36,095 nucleotides of DNA from a virus. A model generated the notes under the pieces. It was not told where the DNA came from. It saw nothing but the letters and a program-made list of their open reading frames with translations, and made no database searches. The stretch is from IMG/VR virus record IMGVR_UViG_3300045988_138052, positions 1-36,095 of that record. The stretch is one strand, 5' to 3'. Of this stretch, positions 25,401 through 33,640 are shown in pieces (the first letter of the stretch is position 1; every line of letters starts with the position of its first letter). The position numbers were made by a program, and so were the translations under genes.

Positions 25401-27587
25401 GGTGATAAGATATCCAGCAAGGCTACTATTGCTGTACAGAACTTTGTCAATGAAATGGCCGGCAAAAGTAGTTCTCTAGACAGGCCATTCATTGACCAGA
25501 CCAACAGAGGCGTTCAGTTCATTCAACGACTAGAGAGTATCAATGGTGCTAATAAGATTTTAGGTAATTTATCATCAACCCTAGCACAAACATTAAACTT
25601 ACCAGAAACGGTCCGAGATAATGGATTGCGTAGTACGGGTCATGCTTTTTTGACGGCATTTGATAAAAGCACTAAAGAGGCAATGCGTAAATCCCCATTC
25701 TTGCGTGAACGCTACACGGATACTGACGGTAAATTTACTAAGTCTAAATACCAAAAGTTTACAAACGGTGTTAGCGTTGTTTCTGGTATGAATATGGTAG
25801 AGAAAAAATTCATACAGCTAAACTGGGCCGCTAACTACTACAGTGCTCAGAGAAAAGGGCTAACAGGATACCAGCTGATAAAAGCAGCCGATCAGGCGAC
25901 CGAACGTGCTGTTGGTGGACGTGGTGTTGGTGCTATGCCGCAAGTATATAAATCAACTTTGGGCAAAATGTTCTTGCAATTCACCTATGAAACTAATGAA
26001 AGCTGGAAAAATAATGTTGCAAACGTAAAGAGGTTTGGCTCTGAGATACGAGGCTTACAGTTCAAGGACGCGGGCGGCACGGCAACACGAGCCGCAGAAG
26101 CGTTTGCAGTTGCCTACGGGATGAATATGTTGATGAAGCTAGCAACCGGTAGTGAACCATTGGCTAATATGTATGATGCTATTAAGGACGTGCTGAGCAA
26201 TGATGCGGATGATGATGGTGAAGATGACAAACTAGGACAAAAAATGGCTCGAGTTGGCTCAGAACTTGCAAAATTAAATCCGATTGCGTCCGCATCGCTT
26301 AATATGGTACCTAAATCTGAACGTGAAAAGATATTTGGTAAGACAAGTGATCTAGGGCGATTTGATGGTGCTACCGGAGTAGCGCAGACAGTAGCTAACC
26401 TTATAGGTGCTGGATACTACTCAACCCAGGGCGACAATGAGAAGGCACAAAAAAACTTGCAGGGGCTCATCCCCGTAGGCAATCAAATAAAGAAAACCAC
26501 GAGTGGCATAAAGGTCCTACAGGACGGTGGAGATGTCTATACTGACAAGAATGGTAAGGAGCATACAAACTTTGAAGTAGACTCTGGAAATGCATGGAAT
26601 CAAGCTAAGGCTCTACTATTTGGCAAGAATGCATTGCGTCCAGACGAAAAATCAGCCACTACATCGACTACTGGTGATGATACAGGCAAGACCATTAAAG
26701 ACTTTGAGCGTGGGCTTAAAAAAGGCACATACAAGATCCAAGACGGCTTATTGGTTAATAAGAGCGGTAATGTACAGAGAAGCTACTATAAGTCTCTAGC
26801 AGAGGGTCAAGGTGTCAGTGACGAGGCCTACTATAACTGGATGAAAGCGTATAACATTGATAATGCTTCAACTACCAAAAAAGAGTTCAACTCATCTAAT
26901 GATATCCTTAATAAGCTGGAAAATGGTGAGAAGAAGGTCAATAAAGCAAAGAGTGCCGTAGACATCCTCATGGGCAAACACAAGGATTTGCCAGATTGGG
27001 TACGGGAACGTTACTATCAAGAGTCTGGCTATACTAAAGAGCAGATTGAGTACGGGGCAATGACCACTCATAAAGAAGTGAGTTTGATGGATAATTACTG
27101 GAGGCAAAAGGCACAAGAATCGTCCCATGAAGAGTTAATGCAAGCACTTACTAATGGGCGACGTAAAAGTATTACTGGGCAGATGTTTGCTAAGAACGGC
27201 GTCGTCAATAAGTTACGCGCTGAGGGGTATATCACTAAGTGGGAAGCACGAGCCCTCAACGCTGCTCAGTTTGATGTTGACGGTAATAGGATTACTAAAG
27301 AGGGGTCTGGTAGCAGCAGCCGGGGTGGCTCGGGTCGTGGCCGAGGTGGTCGTAGTGGTCGGTCCGCTAACTCTGGCGTTGCTTCTATAGGAATAAAGGC
27401 CGCAGCAAATATCTCATCGTCAGCGCCAAAGGCCAGTCAAACGTCAGTTGGGGGTATGAGTATCAATCAGATAGGACAAAACCTGATTAGTAAAATGAAT
27501 ACTCAAAAGCAGGTGAATGCAGCCATCAAAAAGTGGAACACTAAAACTAGTGGAAAAAATACACGAATACGCACTAAAAAAGCATAA
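19482..27587 (+). CDS. Giant (2701 aa) polyvalent virion / tape-measure-like ejection protein with embedded enzymatic domains.
   Basis: Single uninterrupted ORF with GAGGAGGGG RBS. P/Q-rich N-terminus, Gly-rich hydrophobic GALGALGGAMMGAGG, ART-like, HExxH and nuclease-like segments, a long helical C-terminal two-thirds and an RGG-rich tail. Confidence 0.85.
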   Translation: MDFFQRLGNFFGGKGWVNDEEKRRKEQQAQPQPIRQPQPQQVQQPQLNGQSTLQVRPNIPWANQNSGLNQSQPKVNLNPLEQANQANQQLNQNNQPKPQVTTNDAPKMLTPEGQQDWVNKQNQQIQIQNAVKQPIQQQPQPIQQPKPQPVQPQQVQQPKPELQSTVASPYRSSVLNSQGDSIARALDAVNKNIAQYKTEQATRNDAIDNKLRARGVSEPEILNKRQERIRLENEAHVAANEARQSQNMANMLKPVAAIAQPIDSARRAVVKGMDNVNKWIDSYDDKAGFQVDSPGDYVRFAGKLVPGMIQGAAEGPEKLASAVVGKRMTEDGRVENLNGMQRLGSAADGAIDLFGVPFGASGQLVKSALKQGGKEVAKEAVDQAVRKRILGAAKNIATGAIKEGAEETVQSLAGDLADDGKINTDWKQHAQAGALGALGGAMMGAGGKAISTLRNRSASVQPNQSLEVPSTTIGKVQAVEQVQPTATNTTQPAGYSTFYRRPVNTASLRQAAEVNTVNTRNNQAHPIQSINVNQTVETAIPNASPALKQAVSQNMSDIQRGDVKAVASRQQTTGKLESYLVEQATQGVQNRVAQDVRYKMIQNGTNLYHGSPHKFNKFSTDNIGSGEGNQSFGWGLYFTDNKGIGEHYADIGNNNNRARIKNDLISGEFRDSLYVNKDTMSDELQRFLSKNGYNITANMNPDELAQQVDSLRQQSQYYGKKADEMAGTGFDSDFIAASEKYNNLASELEQIVRNSSEKRRLAEEEINQRVNDVGNSRNLYNVDLASSDGRDFDFLSWYDTVDPEQKHKIKQQALAENLTDKWGTSVRDTESYPNSIPFDTDESGASIYHKLQSEWGMTPKETSMFLSRAGIDGIIYPADSLFNANNRDLGRAESTNYVVFDENNVKVRDYVRYKRQADAQMQELTSQSSLLARHLQLTGDERLVFNEWQNEMQRKALGYYDPNTDKINLNKLSEDTLNHELGHKLLERADNKQELLDTIRESYGDDYLISKYSKEYGDGDINLLAEEQLADGFSDYYNGILNGENKVRLGARLGVPQKVLAVYDRITEAIMGLVGKQDAIKQFYAQMETGKFKNAKQQTPGGDGRVRTMSIDPERALHAIKGIDDLANSRRALFTLVRVSDNLANRIKTETGISISKDARIVMDRSGAVHMLSTHGQGGKKPANPLTDADLGRLPYVLEDPDVIIKGKPVRNTERIRMERNLEGNKIAIVEVIKKGNELRVVTYFNDSSSGRTNPAYNMSRLDDTSETGQLQSTNLNDSVANNTQNVNTNNRYQHPLQETINDIQDNPKPKMTKELRQAIDARIAETNPELFADQETNIMGGDTNWNIPRIHVDDLKHYLGNLIEDIPVAYRRRTGKRDIDTIAQEMGYDEIDGFVQELQRAAESRRRVRENKQMLAELRKDPETIALAQQDVEQATQERVRVAKETKENAWNELKDIIEYRKAAMMDGNNQDVADANREITRIARQAGLKRQELQQFIRKHSANVIPNTNTAPQSAESGAFTNVPMEDGHLLTKGNLYEQTKSGILDNWTKPFRDGDYEYRVHTKRGRGGKKSFTNFERRYVGDNGEPGDWTPTSRAAYIWKSQTNSINKVGRNEAILKALEAAKQDGEVQEFMAYKNPDSAGGVAVVPLVGEHSIDGGFVRNPRTGEIEGNYIQVTPFGVVHQVNGKFDVVEADHLTNSLDKSKGGITDTFNRLVEKNIQDKVGQKLLKDLYYQKTEAYANYADEIENLLGKHAALAKHIDKARPRFAKSKKFWEDVGLYTEGKFPVGSADENMNAAFAKKYGSRAAERVKEYNTFMRNNYDALISNLNSIRRMYGKEEIPYLKNYMPHIQKRSNILGRAVDKLLAAVPTGVRGDMEGQARGEIPASIAGLSADFKPTHKFNANEKRRFGGMVSYEKDPRKAFEYYADVMLYNTHMEPVIARGRQIESSMRAIDMAKKSGTNIDPDSNLAKGDKISSKATIAVQNFVNEMAGKSSSLDRPFIDQTNRGVQFIQRLESINGANKILGNLSSTLAQTLNLPETVRDNGLRSTGHAFLTAFDKSTKEAMRKSPFLRERYTDTDGKFTKSKYQKFTNGVSVVSGMNMVEKKFIQLNWAANYYSAQRKGLTGYQLIKAADQATERAVGGRGVGAMPQVYKSTLGKMFLQFTYETNESWKNNVANVKRFGSEIRGLQFKDAGGTATRAAEAFAVAYGMNMLMKLATGSEPLANMYDAIKDVLSNDADDDGEDDKLGQKMARVGSELAKLNPIASASLNMVPKSEREKIFGKTSDLGRFDGATGVAQTVANLIGAGYYSTQGDNEKAQKNLQGLIPVGNQIKKTTSGIKVLQDGGDVYTDKNGKEHTNFEVDSGNAWNQAKALLFGKNALRPDEKSATTSTTGDDTGKTIKDFERGLKKGTYKIQDGLLVNKSGNVQRSYYKSLAEGQGVSDEAYYNWMKAYNIDNASTTKKEFNSSNDILNKLENGEKKVNKAKSAVDILMGKHKDLPDWVRERYYQESGYTKEQIEYGAMTTHKEVSLMDNYWRQKAQESSHEELMQALTNGRRKSITGQMFAKNGVVNKLRAEGYITKWEARALNAAQFDVDGNRITKEGSGSSSRGGSGRGRGGRSGRSANSGVASIGIKAAANISSSAPKASQTSVGGMSINQIGQNLISKMNTQKQVNAAIKKWNTKTSGKNTRIRTKKA
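21279..22206 (+). other. H-Y-E class ADP-ribosyltransferase-like domain within the giant protein.
   Basis: LYHGSPHKFNKF (the YHGS histidine strand, as in diphtheria-toxin/PARP-type ARTs), GWGLYFTD (G.G.YF strand), GIDGIIYPA and ESTNYVVFDENNVKV (Glu strand). A large insert separates strands 2 and 3. Confidence 0.5.
22300..22700 (+). other. Zincin-like metallopeptidase segment within the giant protein.
   Basis: HELGH (HExxH) at 22416-22430, preceded by GYYDPNTDKINLN. Confidence 0.45.
22806..23223 (+). other. Barnase/EndoU/colicin-RelE-like (PBECR-type) putative nuclease segment within the giant protein.
   Basis: The pattern ...IVMDRSGAVHMLSTHG......LTDADLGRLPYVLEDPDVII.G........I.M......NKIAIVEVIKKGNELRVVTYF resembles the toxin-like modules found in MuF/polyvalent phage proteins. 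Confidence 0.4.
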
Positions 27588-27590
27588 ATG

Positions 27591-27599
27591 TGTTATAAT
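27591..27599 (+). promoter_or_regulatory. Extended -10 promoter element (TGtTATAAT) after the giant gene.
   Basis: TG at 27591-92 and TATAAT at 27594-99, 4 nt after the stop codon. Confidence 0.35.
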
Positions 27600-27630
27600 A
27601 GTAAGCGAGAAAACAGCGTGACCTAAAAAA

Positions 27631-27671
27631 ACACGGAGCGTCTGGCAATAATAAGCCGGCTCCGTGTTTTT
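27631..27671 (+). terminator. Rho-independent (potentially bidirectional) terminator.
   Basis: 9-bp stem ACACGGAGC / GCTCCGTGT, flanked by an A7 run upstream and a T5 run downstream. Confidence 0.7.
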
Positions 27672-27687
27672 AATTTAGGAAAACGCT

Positions 27688-28353
27688 ATGAACACTACAC
27701 AGCTTGTATCAGCAGTCATGCTAAAAGCTACTGGTAAAGTACGAAACCTACCAGAAACCGACAAGAAGTACCAGAAAATATTAGGTATTGCTAATATGTA
27801 TATTCCTGTATGGCAAAGTGAGCCAAATGTTGATTGGCAATCCCTTTATGAGCCGTCATATACCGTTGGTATTTTATCGCTAGAACAAGCATATGAGATC
27901 GATACGACTAAGGTTTTCAAGGTTAGCGATACCCTAGGAGATGCTGTCAAAGTTGTAAAAAGTGGACAGGTGCGAGAGTACACTACAGTGCCTCCAGAGC
28001 AAGCGGGAATGTACAAGGGACAAAATTGCTGCACTATTGCTAGCAACAAACTGGTGTTTGTCGACATGATTAGAGAGGATGATCCCATGCTTGATGGGAT
28101 TATTAACGTCCCTGTTTACCTGCGTGCTCCATTACTTACCAAAGCGGATAGCATTGTACCTGTAGATAATCCAATGTGGCTAGTGACAATGTGTGCGGCT
28201 GAATACGCTCGTAACGATATTCTCCTACAGAATCAATATAGTAATCTCATCGCTGAAGCAAACCAGTTGATGCAAAAGATGATTGAAAATAACGCTGCCC
28301 AGGCGAGCTATCGGCCACTACACATGGTCCCGGGGGTGTCTGACATATGTTAA
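27688..28353 (+). CDS. Putative tail/adaptor structural protein (221 aa).
   Basis: Called from position in the late module only. Confidence 0.5.
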   Translation: MNTTQLVSAVMLKATGKVRNLPETDKKYQKILGIANMYIPVWQSEPNVDWQSLYEPSYTVGILSLEQAYEIDTTKVFKVSDTLGDAVKVVKSGQVREYTTVPPEQAGMYKGQNCCTIASNKLVFVDMIREDDPMLDGIINVPVYLRAPLLTKADSIVPVDNPMWLVTMCAAEYARNDILLQNQYSNLIAEANQLMQKMIENNAAQASYRPLHMVPGVSDIC

Positions 28354-30365
28354 AGCCTTCTAACAACATGAGGGCACCAAAAATACAGCGTTTGGCAGTT
28401 CAAGACTGGCAAAATGGTGTGGTAACGGCATTTGATGATGGCCGTACGCCACTAAGGGGTCTACGATCGTCTGAAAACCTCATCCTAGATCAAGACTCTG
28501 TTATAACAAATCGACCAGGTACAGCTAAATATGGCCCGCAGCCAAAAGGCATGATATTGGGAGAGCTAGCTGAATTCCGGAGTACGACGAGAGAAGGCAC
28601 GGTCAACTGGCTAGCGTGTCTTCAGCGAATTAACGGCAAGACAAGGCTTTGCATTGCACGTGGTGAAGATGAAACCTGGAAAGTGGTAGAAGGTAAAGAC
28701 TACCACAGCACCGCCCGCGGACATTTTAAACAAATACGAAATAATCTGCTCATTATGAACGGCGAAGATACGCTAAGTTATCTAGATATCGCTAATTCAA
28801 AGATTGTAGCATTTAGAGAAATCGCCAACCCGACAAAACCCACCCTGGATAAAAACACTGGCCTTGACGGCACTGGCTTTAAGGCCTTTTACGCAGTTAC
28901 GTTTAACTCTACCGTAGGAGAGACTGCAGGCTCACCGATTTTGCAACAATCAATCTCTACTGACCGTGATATGTGGAATAGTGAAAAACATAGCCTAGCA
29001 ATCAAACGACCTGACAGCACAGAGGCTAAATCATGGAATATTTATTGTGGTGTTGGTGTCGATGGCGGCGGCGACCCAACCCTTTATCGTCTCGCTACTG
29101 CACTGCCAATGGATCAAACAACCTTTGTTGACAACGGCTCACGTAGTCTAGATGTATCGGTCCCACTGCCCAAAGATAATAATACTGCAGGTCCAACAGC
29201 AACCCGAGCAGAGGTTATTAATGGTCGAGTTTGGCTAACTGGTGATAAGAAGAATCCTTTTTATGTATGGCGTGGTGGTGATTATGGTCATGAGCTTGAT
29301 TTTTCACCTGGTTACGGTGGAGGATATACACCAGTCGGTAATGGTACAAAGGAAATACCATATGCTGTAGCACCGTATCGCGACGGTAAAGGTGATCCTA
29401 AAGCCACCGTGCTCAGCCAAGGTACAAACGGTACTGGAAAACGTTTTTACATCACCCCAACAAATATTACATATGGTGAGGAGACTATTACTGTTTGGCA
29501 GGTTCAAGAGGACACTGGCAATGACGGAACTGATAGCCCTGACGCCCTAGTTATCTACAATAATGACCTGCTATATCCAAGTCGTGGTGGATTTAACACG
29601 ACAGGAACTCTTCCGCAGCTGCAAAACGTTCTGTCTACGCGTCGTATTACAAATACCATCCAAGATGCTATCACCAACCTTAATAACAAGACTATGGACA
29701 AAGCCGTAGGTGTTGCGTTTGAAGGGCGTGTTTATTGGGCACTGCCAGTAGCTGCTGATTACAATAACCAGATATGGGTTTATGACACCGATCGTAAAGG
29801 TGCATGGATGAAGCCTTGGAATATACGCTGCGATTGGATGACGCTATATAACGATAACTCTGGCATTACTCATCTATTAATAGTCCAAGGGGACAAGATT
29901 GTTGAATTGTCCAAAGGAGCTAAAACGGTTGACGATGGTAAGCCTTTTAGTACGAGTGCTTTGAGTGGTCAATTGCGGTTTGAGGAGACGGGTCGAGATT
30001 GGGCACGCGTTTTACGAGCAATCTTTATTATCTTGCGCCCACAAGGGAGAATCACGGTCACTGCTACTGCAAAAACAGAGGATGGTCTACAGACCTTTTC
30101 TGAAACTAGGTATTTTGGTGCAACATCAAGCCGTACTGGCTGGAGTGAACCAGGAGTTCATTGGAGCACCCCGAGAGCTGGATGGAGCTACGTCAGGACT
30201 GTTCCAAAGAACTTTAACTCTGCAAGCGAGGAGGTGGAGCTGGAGATAGATGAGGATGCCCAATGGATTCAGTACGGATGGTCTTCATCTGATCCAGGAG
30301 TGAGTTATGCAATGTCACGTGTCGTGTTCGAGTACGTCAATATTGGCACGAAGGATTTAAGTTAA
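28347..30365 (+). CDS. Putative tail structural protein (672 aa).
   Basis: Large late ORF, translationally coupled. No diagnostic motif recognised. Confidence 0.6.
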   Translation: MLKPSNNMRAPKIQRLAVQDWQNGVVTAFDDGRTPLRGLRSSENLILDQDSVITNRPGTAKYGPQPKGMILGELAEFRSTTREGTVNWLACLQRINGKTRLCIARGEDETWKVVEGKDYHSTARGHFKQIRNNLLIMNGEDTLSYLDIANSKIVAFREIANPTKPTLDKNTGLDGTGFKAFYAVTFNSTVGETAGSPILQQSISTDRDMWNSEKHSLAIKRPDSTEAKSWNIYCGVGVDGGGDPTLYRLATALPMDQTTFVDNGSRSLDVSVPLPKDNNTAGPTATRAEVINGRVWLTGDKKNPFYVWRGGDYGHELDFSPGYGGGYTPVGNGTKEIPYAVAPYRDGKGDPKATVLSQGTNGTGKRFYITPTNITYGEETITVWQVQEDTGNDGTDSPDALVIYNNDLLYPSRGGFNTTGTLPQLQNVLSTRRITNTIQDAITNLNNKTMDKAVGVAFEGRVYWALPVAADYNNQIWVYDTDRKGAWMKPWNIRCDWMTLYNDNSGITHLLIVQGDKIVELSKGAKTVDDGKPFSTSALSGQLRFEETGRDWARVLRAIFIILRPQGRITVTATAKTEDGLQTFSETRYFGATSSRTGWSEPGVHWSTPRAGWSYVRTVPKNFNSASEEVELEIDEDAQWIQYGWSSSDPGVSYAMSRVVFEYVNIGTKDLS

Positions 30366-30375
30366 AGGAGGTATT

Positions 30376-31434
30376 ATGGCAAGCATAAAAGATAAAATCA
30401 CTAGAACAACAGACGGCTCTTCTTATCCAAATGTCGCACGAGTTGTCAGCCCGCGGGCGCCAGGGTCTGACACATTGCTGGTAGATGGATTGAGTGGATG
30501 GAGTGAAGATACTGCAATGCATTTTATATCATATCGCTTAGATTCAGCGGAGAAGGTAGTCGAGGGGAGTGTTCGTGACTGTATAGGAGTTGCTAACAAG
30601 GGGACAGGTAACATTGTTGGCTTCAAGGTACTGCTAGGTGGCAATGATGAGGGCAATAAGGTCGGAGATATTATCCAGCCAGGTCCATCTACGCTATGGA
30701 GTGATTATTTAGCTCAAGCATTACTAAATCTTCACAACTCAGACGGCACACTTAAACCTGAATCAGTATCGTATGAGGCGTTAAATTCTGCTACTGAGTT
30801 CGTAGAACAAGGCTCGAGCATTGATTTCAATGATGCTCGCTTGTTCAAATTTGGTAAATGGGTATTTCGAGAAAACGATGTAATTAAAGCTTGTGCTAAC
30901 CGCCCATCAGATAACCCGGGATGGCTCATCTCCACACCGCTCAACCCTGCTGTTATACCAGGCTCGCAAGCAAAAGGTTACGTCAAGCAGCAATATGCCG
31001 ACATTGAAGGGAATTTCTATACCCGTATCATCAAAAGTGGAGATACAGCTGCCCCTGTCACTTATGGTGAGTGGATGCAAGAAGCTAAGGATTATCCTGA
31101 CGTAAAGACCGCCAAGGAGGAGGACGTGCAAATCGGTTGGGGGATGATACTGAAGCTTACTCGAATTGGCAATACAGTTTCAGCTCGAATTGACCAAATT
31201 AACGAAATTCCAGCAGGCGTATTTTCACCTAGTGAAAAAATACCAAAGAAATATAGACCAATCAACAATACGAACATGCTAATCACTGGTATTAACTCAG
31301 GGCGATATGCAGGCAATACCATGTACAGGTTTGCTAAGGATGGCTCTATAACCGGACATTCTGCTATCCCAGGACGGCAAGAGTGGTACGGGTCAGCAAC
31401 TTGGTTGACAGATCAGCCATGGGAGAAATCATGA
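30376..31434 (+). CDS. Putative tail fiber / receptor-binding protein (352 aa).
   Basis: Last structural-size ORF before the lysis cassette, AAAGGAGG RBS. The call is positional. Confidence 0.5.
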   Translation: MASIKDKITRTTDGSSYPNVARVVSPRAPGSDTLLVDGLSGWSEDTAMHFISYRLDSAEKVVEGSVRDCIGVANKGTGNIVGFKVLLGGNDEGNKVGDIIQPGPSTLWSDYLAQALLNLHNSDGTLKPESVSYEALNSATEFVEQGSSIDFNDARLFKFGKWVFRENDVIKACANRPSDNPGWLISTPLNPAVIPGSQAKGYVKQQYADIEGNFYTRIIKSGDTAAPVTYGEWMQEAKDYPDVKTAKEEDVQIGWGMILKLTRIGNTVSARIDQINEIPAGVFSPSEKIPKKYRPINNTNMLITGINSGRYAGNTMYRFAKDGSITGHSAIPGRQEWYGSATWLTDQPWEKS

Positions 31435-31814
31435 GCAGTACAGACGTATCAGCAAAAGAATTCGGCGCGCTACAGGCGAATGTTGAGCATATTAAAGAAG
31501 ATGTCATTGAAATTAAAGACATCGTGCGCAATCAAGATTCTGTTAGCCGGCGAGAATATCAAAAGTTGGCTGACCTCGTTGAGCAACAATCTGGGCGCCT
31601 CAATACAATTGAAAAGAACCTAGGTATCAATGAGGCTACTTTTACTGGGCAAGTGAAGCGGTTTATGGATAAGAATGTTGCGGCTGCATTTAGTAGTGCG
31701 TTGGTGCTTGTCGTTATTTGGGCGTTATATGTAACACAATCATCGCAAATCGAGCGGTTGAAAACCGATTTGAACATAACAAACGAAACTGTTCGGTCAA
31801 GAGAAAATAAATGA
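31431..31814 (+). CDS. Coiled-coil protein with a C-proximal TM segment (127 aa). Possible lysis-cassette component.
   Basis: ATGA overlap with the upstream stop. TM segment AAAFSSALVLVVIWALYV. Confidence 0.55.
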   Translation: MSSTDVSAKEFGALQANVEHIKEDVIEIKDIVRNQDSVSRREYQKLADLVEQQSGRLNTIEKNLGINEATFTGQVKRFMDKNVAAAFSSALVLVVIWALYVTQSSQIERLKTDLNITNETVRSRENK

Positions 31815-31828
31815 CAAGGAGGTCAAAT

Positions 31829-32074
31829 ATGAAACTAGAAAAGAAAACTACAAGGCAGCTGTCTATCGCGGTTGGTTTGCTGTCATTCGGCGCGTTCGTT
31901 GTGCAGGGTCTGGGCGATATCTGGGGCTTCCAGGCAATCGCCAAACAACTCACCGCAACTGCCCTATTAGTCGCAGGTGCTGTGAACGTACACTTCTCAG
32001 GTGTTACCAGCGAGAAGAACAGGCAAGACAAAAAGATGGCTCGAGAAATCCAAGCTAAAGAGGTGGAGAAATGA
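31829..32074 (+). CDS. Two-TM holin-like small membrane protein (81 aa).
   Basis: ATG at 31829 with AAGGAGG 5 nt upstream. TM segments LSIAVGLLSFGAFVVQGL and ATALLVAGAVNVHF, with a charged C-terminus. Immediately upstream of the endolysin. Confidence 0.55.
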   Translation: MKLEKKTTRQLSIAVGLLSFGAFVVQGLGDIWGFQAIAKQLTATALLVAGAVNVHFSGVTSEKNRQDKKMAREIQAKEVEK

Positions 32075-33195
32075 AAAAAGTAATTTCAAATCTGAAAAAC
32101 TTCATCATCAATCGGGTAGATGTGTTGATAGTTGCAGGCGTTATCATCATATCATCTATATTTTTAATTATAGGTAAGCCCTCAGAGGACGGCAGTATCA
32201 CCCTTGACGGCTCAAAAGCCAAGTACTCTAAAACAACCGAAAAAGCCTTGTGTGAGCTAGCCAAAAAGCGTGAGACGGCAATCGCTGGCATTATGGGCCT
32301 AGACGTACCACAAGATAAAGGATCAGGTTGCGACCCTGTGGACAAAGAATTGGCTCAAATGGGGTCAGGTGTCTATTACAAGACCGACCTGTCCAGTCCT
32401 GCTGCTTTTGTAAACGCCATGAATGGCCGCGGATTTAATGAGGGCTACGGCTTACAGTGTGTGGCAGGCTTCAAGCAGTTCATGTTCAGCTTGAGTGGAC
32501 GTGTCGTGGCTACCCGTACGGGTGGAGCGAGTGGATACGCAAACCAAGTCGGCGAAATCCAAGCACTCGGCTTTACCTGGCACGCTGGGCAAGCTGGTAT
32601 GAAAGATGGCGACTGGGCAATCTTTGGCGGTGGAACGTATGGACATGTGGCTATGTATTATCAGGGCAAGTTCTTCGGTCAAAACCAAGGCTCAGGCAAT
32701 ATCTATGTCGGTAACGCCTTTAACTTGATGGACTTAGGTGGCTATCGCAATTCAATCATCGGTTACTATCGCCCGAATATCTGGGCAAATGGTAGCACTG
32801 CTAGCGCGCCAGCAGCTCCAGCAGCCAGCTCAAAAGCAGTGAATGACCAAGTGGTGGCAGATGTCTTGCGTGGTGTGTACGGTAGTGGCAACGACCGCGT
32901 AGCACGGTTGCAAGCCGCCGGCTACAATCCAGCCGAGGTTCAATCAGCTGTCAATTCACGTGTAGCAGCACAAGCACCGCGAATCAGCGCGCCAGCTTCG
33001 ACAGGCTACGTTCAGCGAAGCACTGGCGGTTACGTTGTGCGTCGCGGGGACACGCTCGGCGACATCGCACTGCGTAACGGCTGGCACGGCACCAACGGGC
33101 TATTCGGTAACTCTGGCTATACACAGCGGCTGGCTGAGCGAAATGGGATTGCTAATCGCGGACTGATTTATCCAGGGCAAAGGATCAATCCATGA
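32071..33195 (+). CDS. Endolysin: N-terminal membrane anchor, then CHAP amidase/peptidase, a CW_7 (Cpl-7-type) repeat and LysM.
   Basis: TM segment VLIVAGVIIISSIFLIIG. CHAP Cys/His context GLQCVAGFKQF...YGHVAMYY. CW_7-like VADVLRGVYGSGNDRVARLQAAGYNPAEVQSAVN. LysM YVVRRGDTLGDIA...GLIYPGQRI. Confidence 0.8.
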   Translation: MKKVISNLKNFIINRVDVLIVAGVIIISSIFLIIGKPSEDGSITLDGSKAKYSKTTEKALCELAKKRETAIAGIMGLDVPQDKGSGCDPVDKELAQMGSGVYYKTDLSSPAAFVNAMNGRGFNEGYGLQCVAGFKQFMFSLSGRVVATRTGGASGYANQVGEIQALGFTWHAGQAGMKDGDWAIFGGGTYGHVAMYYQGKFFGQNQGSGNIYVGNAFNLMDLGGYRNSIIGYYRPNIWANGSTASAPAAPAASSKAVNDQVVADVLRGVYGSGNDRVARLQAAGYNPAEVQSAVNSRVAAQAPRISAPASTGYVQRSTGGYVVRRGDTLGDIALRNGWHGTNGLFGNSGYTQRLAERNGIANRGLIYPGQRINP

Positions 33196-33440
33196 ACCTC
33201 CAGAAAATAACCATCACCAAGTCCAGCTTGTTTTTTCGCGATTGCAAAGCCTGCGGTTGCGTAACACTACATATCGGCAAAACTACGCCGCAGATGACAC
33301 CAGGCTCGACATATAATGACTGCCTGCAATGCCTGGTTGACGCACACAGCGTCCCAGGCTTGAGTCGCTGGCACGATTTGAAAACTGGTAAGTTGTTAAC
33401 TGAGCCACGCGGCAAAACACCGCCGGCTCTAAGAAGCTGA
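33192..33440 (+). CDS. Hypothetical Cys-rich small protein (82 aa).
   Basis: ATGA coupling to the endolysin gene. CKACGC...CLQC. Confidence 0.45.
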   Translation: MNLQKITITKSSLFFRDCKACGCVTLHIGKTTPQMTPGSTYNDCLQCLVDAHSVPGLSRWHDLKTGKLLTEPRGKTPPALRS

Positions 33441-33448
33441 GGACGCAC

Positions 33449-33640
33449 ATGGAAGACTTGACGTTGCTAAGTGATACAGAGCTAGTCGACGAGTATCGGC
33501 TAGCCCTGCAGCAGCAGGCAGAAGTAAACGAACGCATTCTAACGCTAGAGGACGAACATTTTAATCGTACATGTGGTAAAACGGCCCTCAGGTGGTTAGT
33601 GAGAGAAGGAGAAAAGAATGAAGTCATTAGAAGCACTTAA
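33449..33640 (+). CDS. Hypothetical acidic small protein (63 aa).
   Basis: ORF in the lysis cassette. Confidence 0.45.
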   Translation: MEDLTLLSDTELVDEYRLALQQQAEVNERILTLEDEHFNRTCGKTALRWLVREGEKNEVIRST

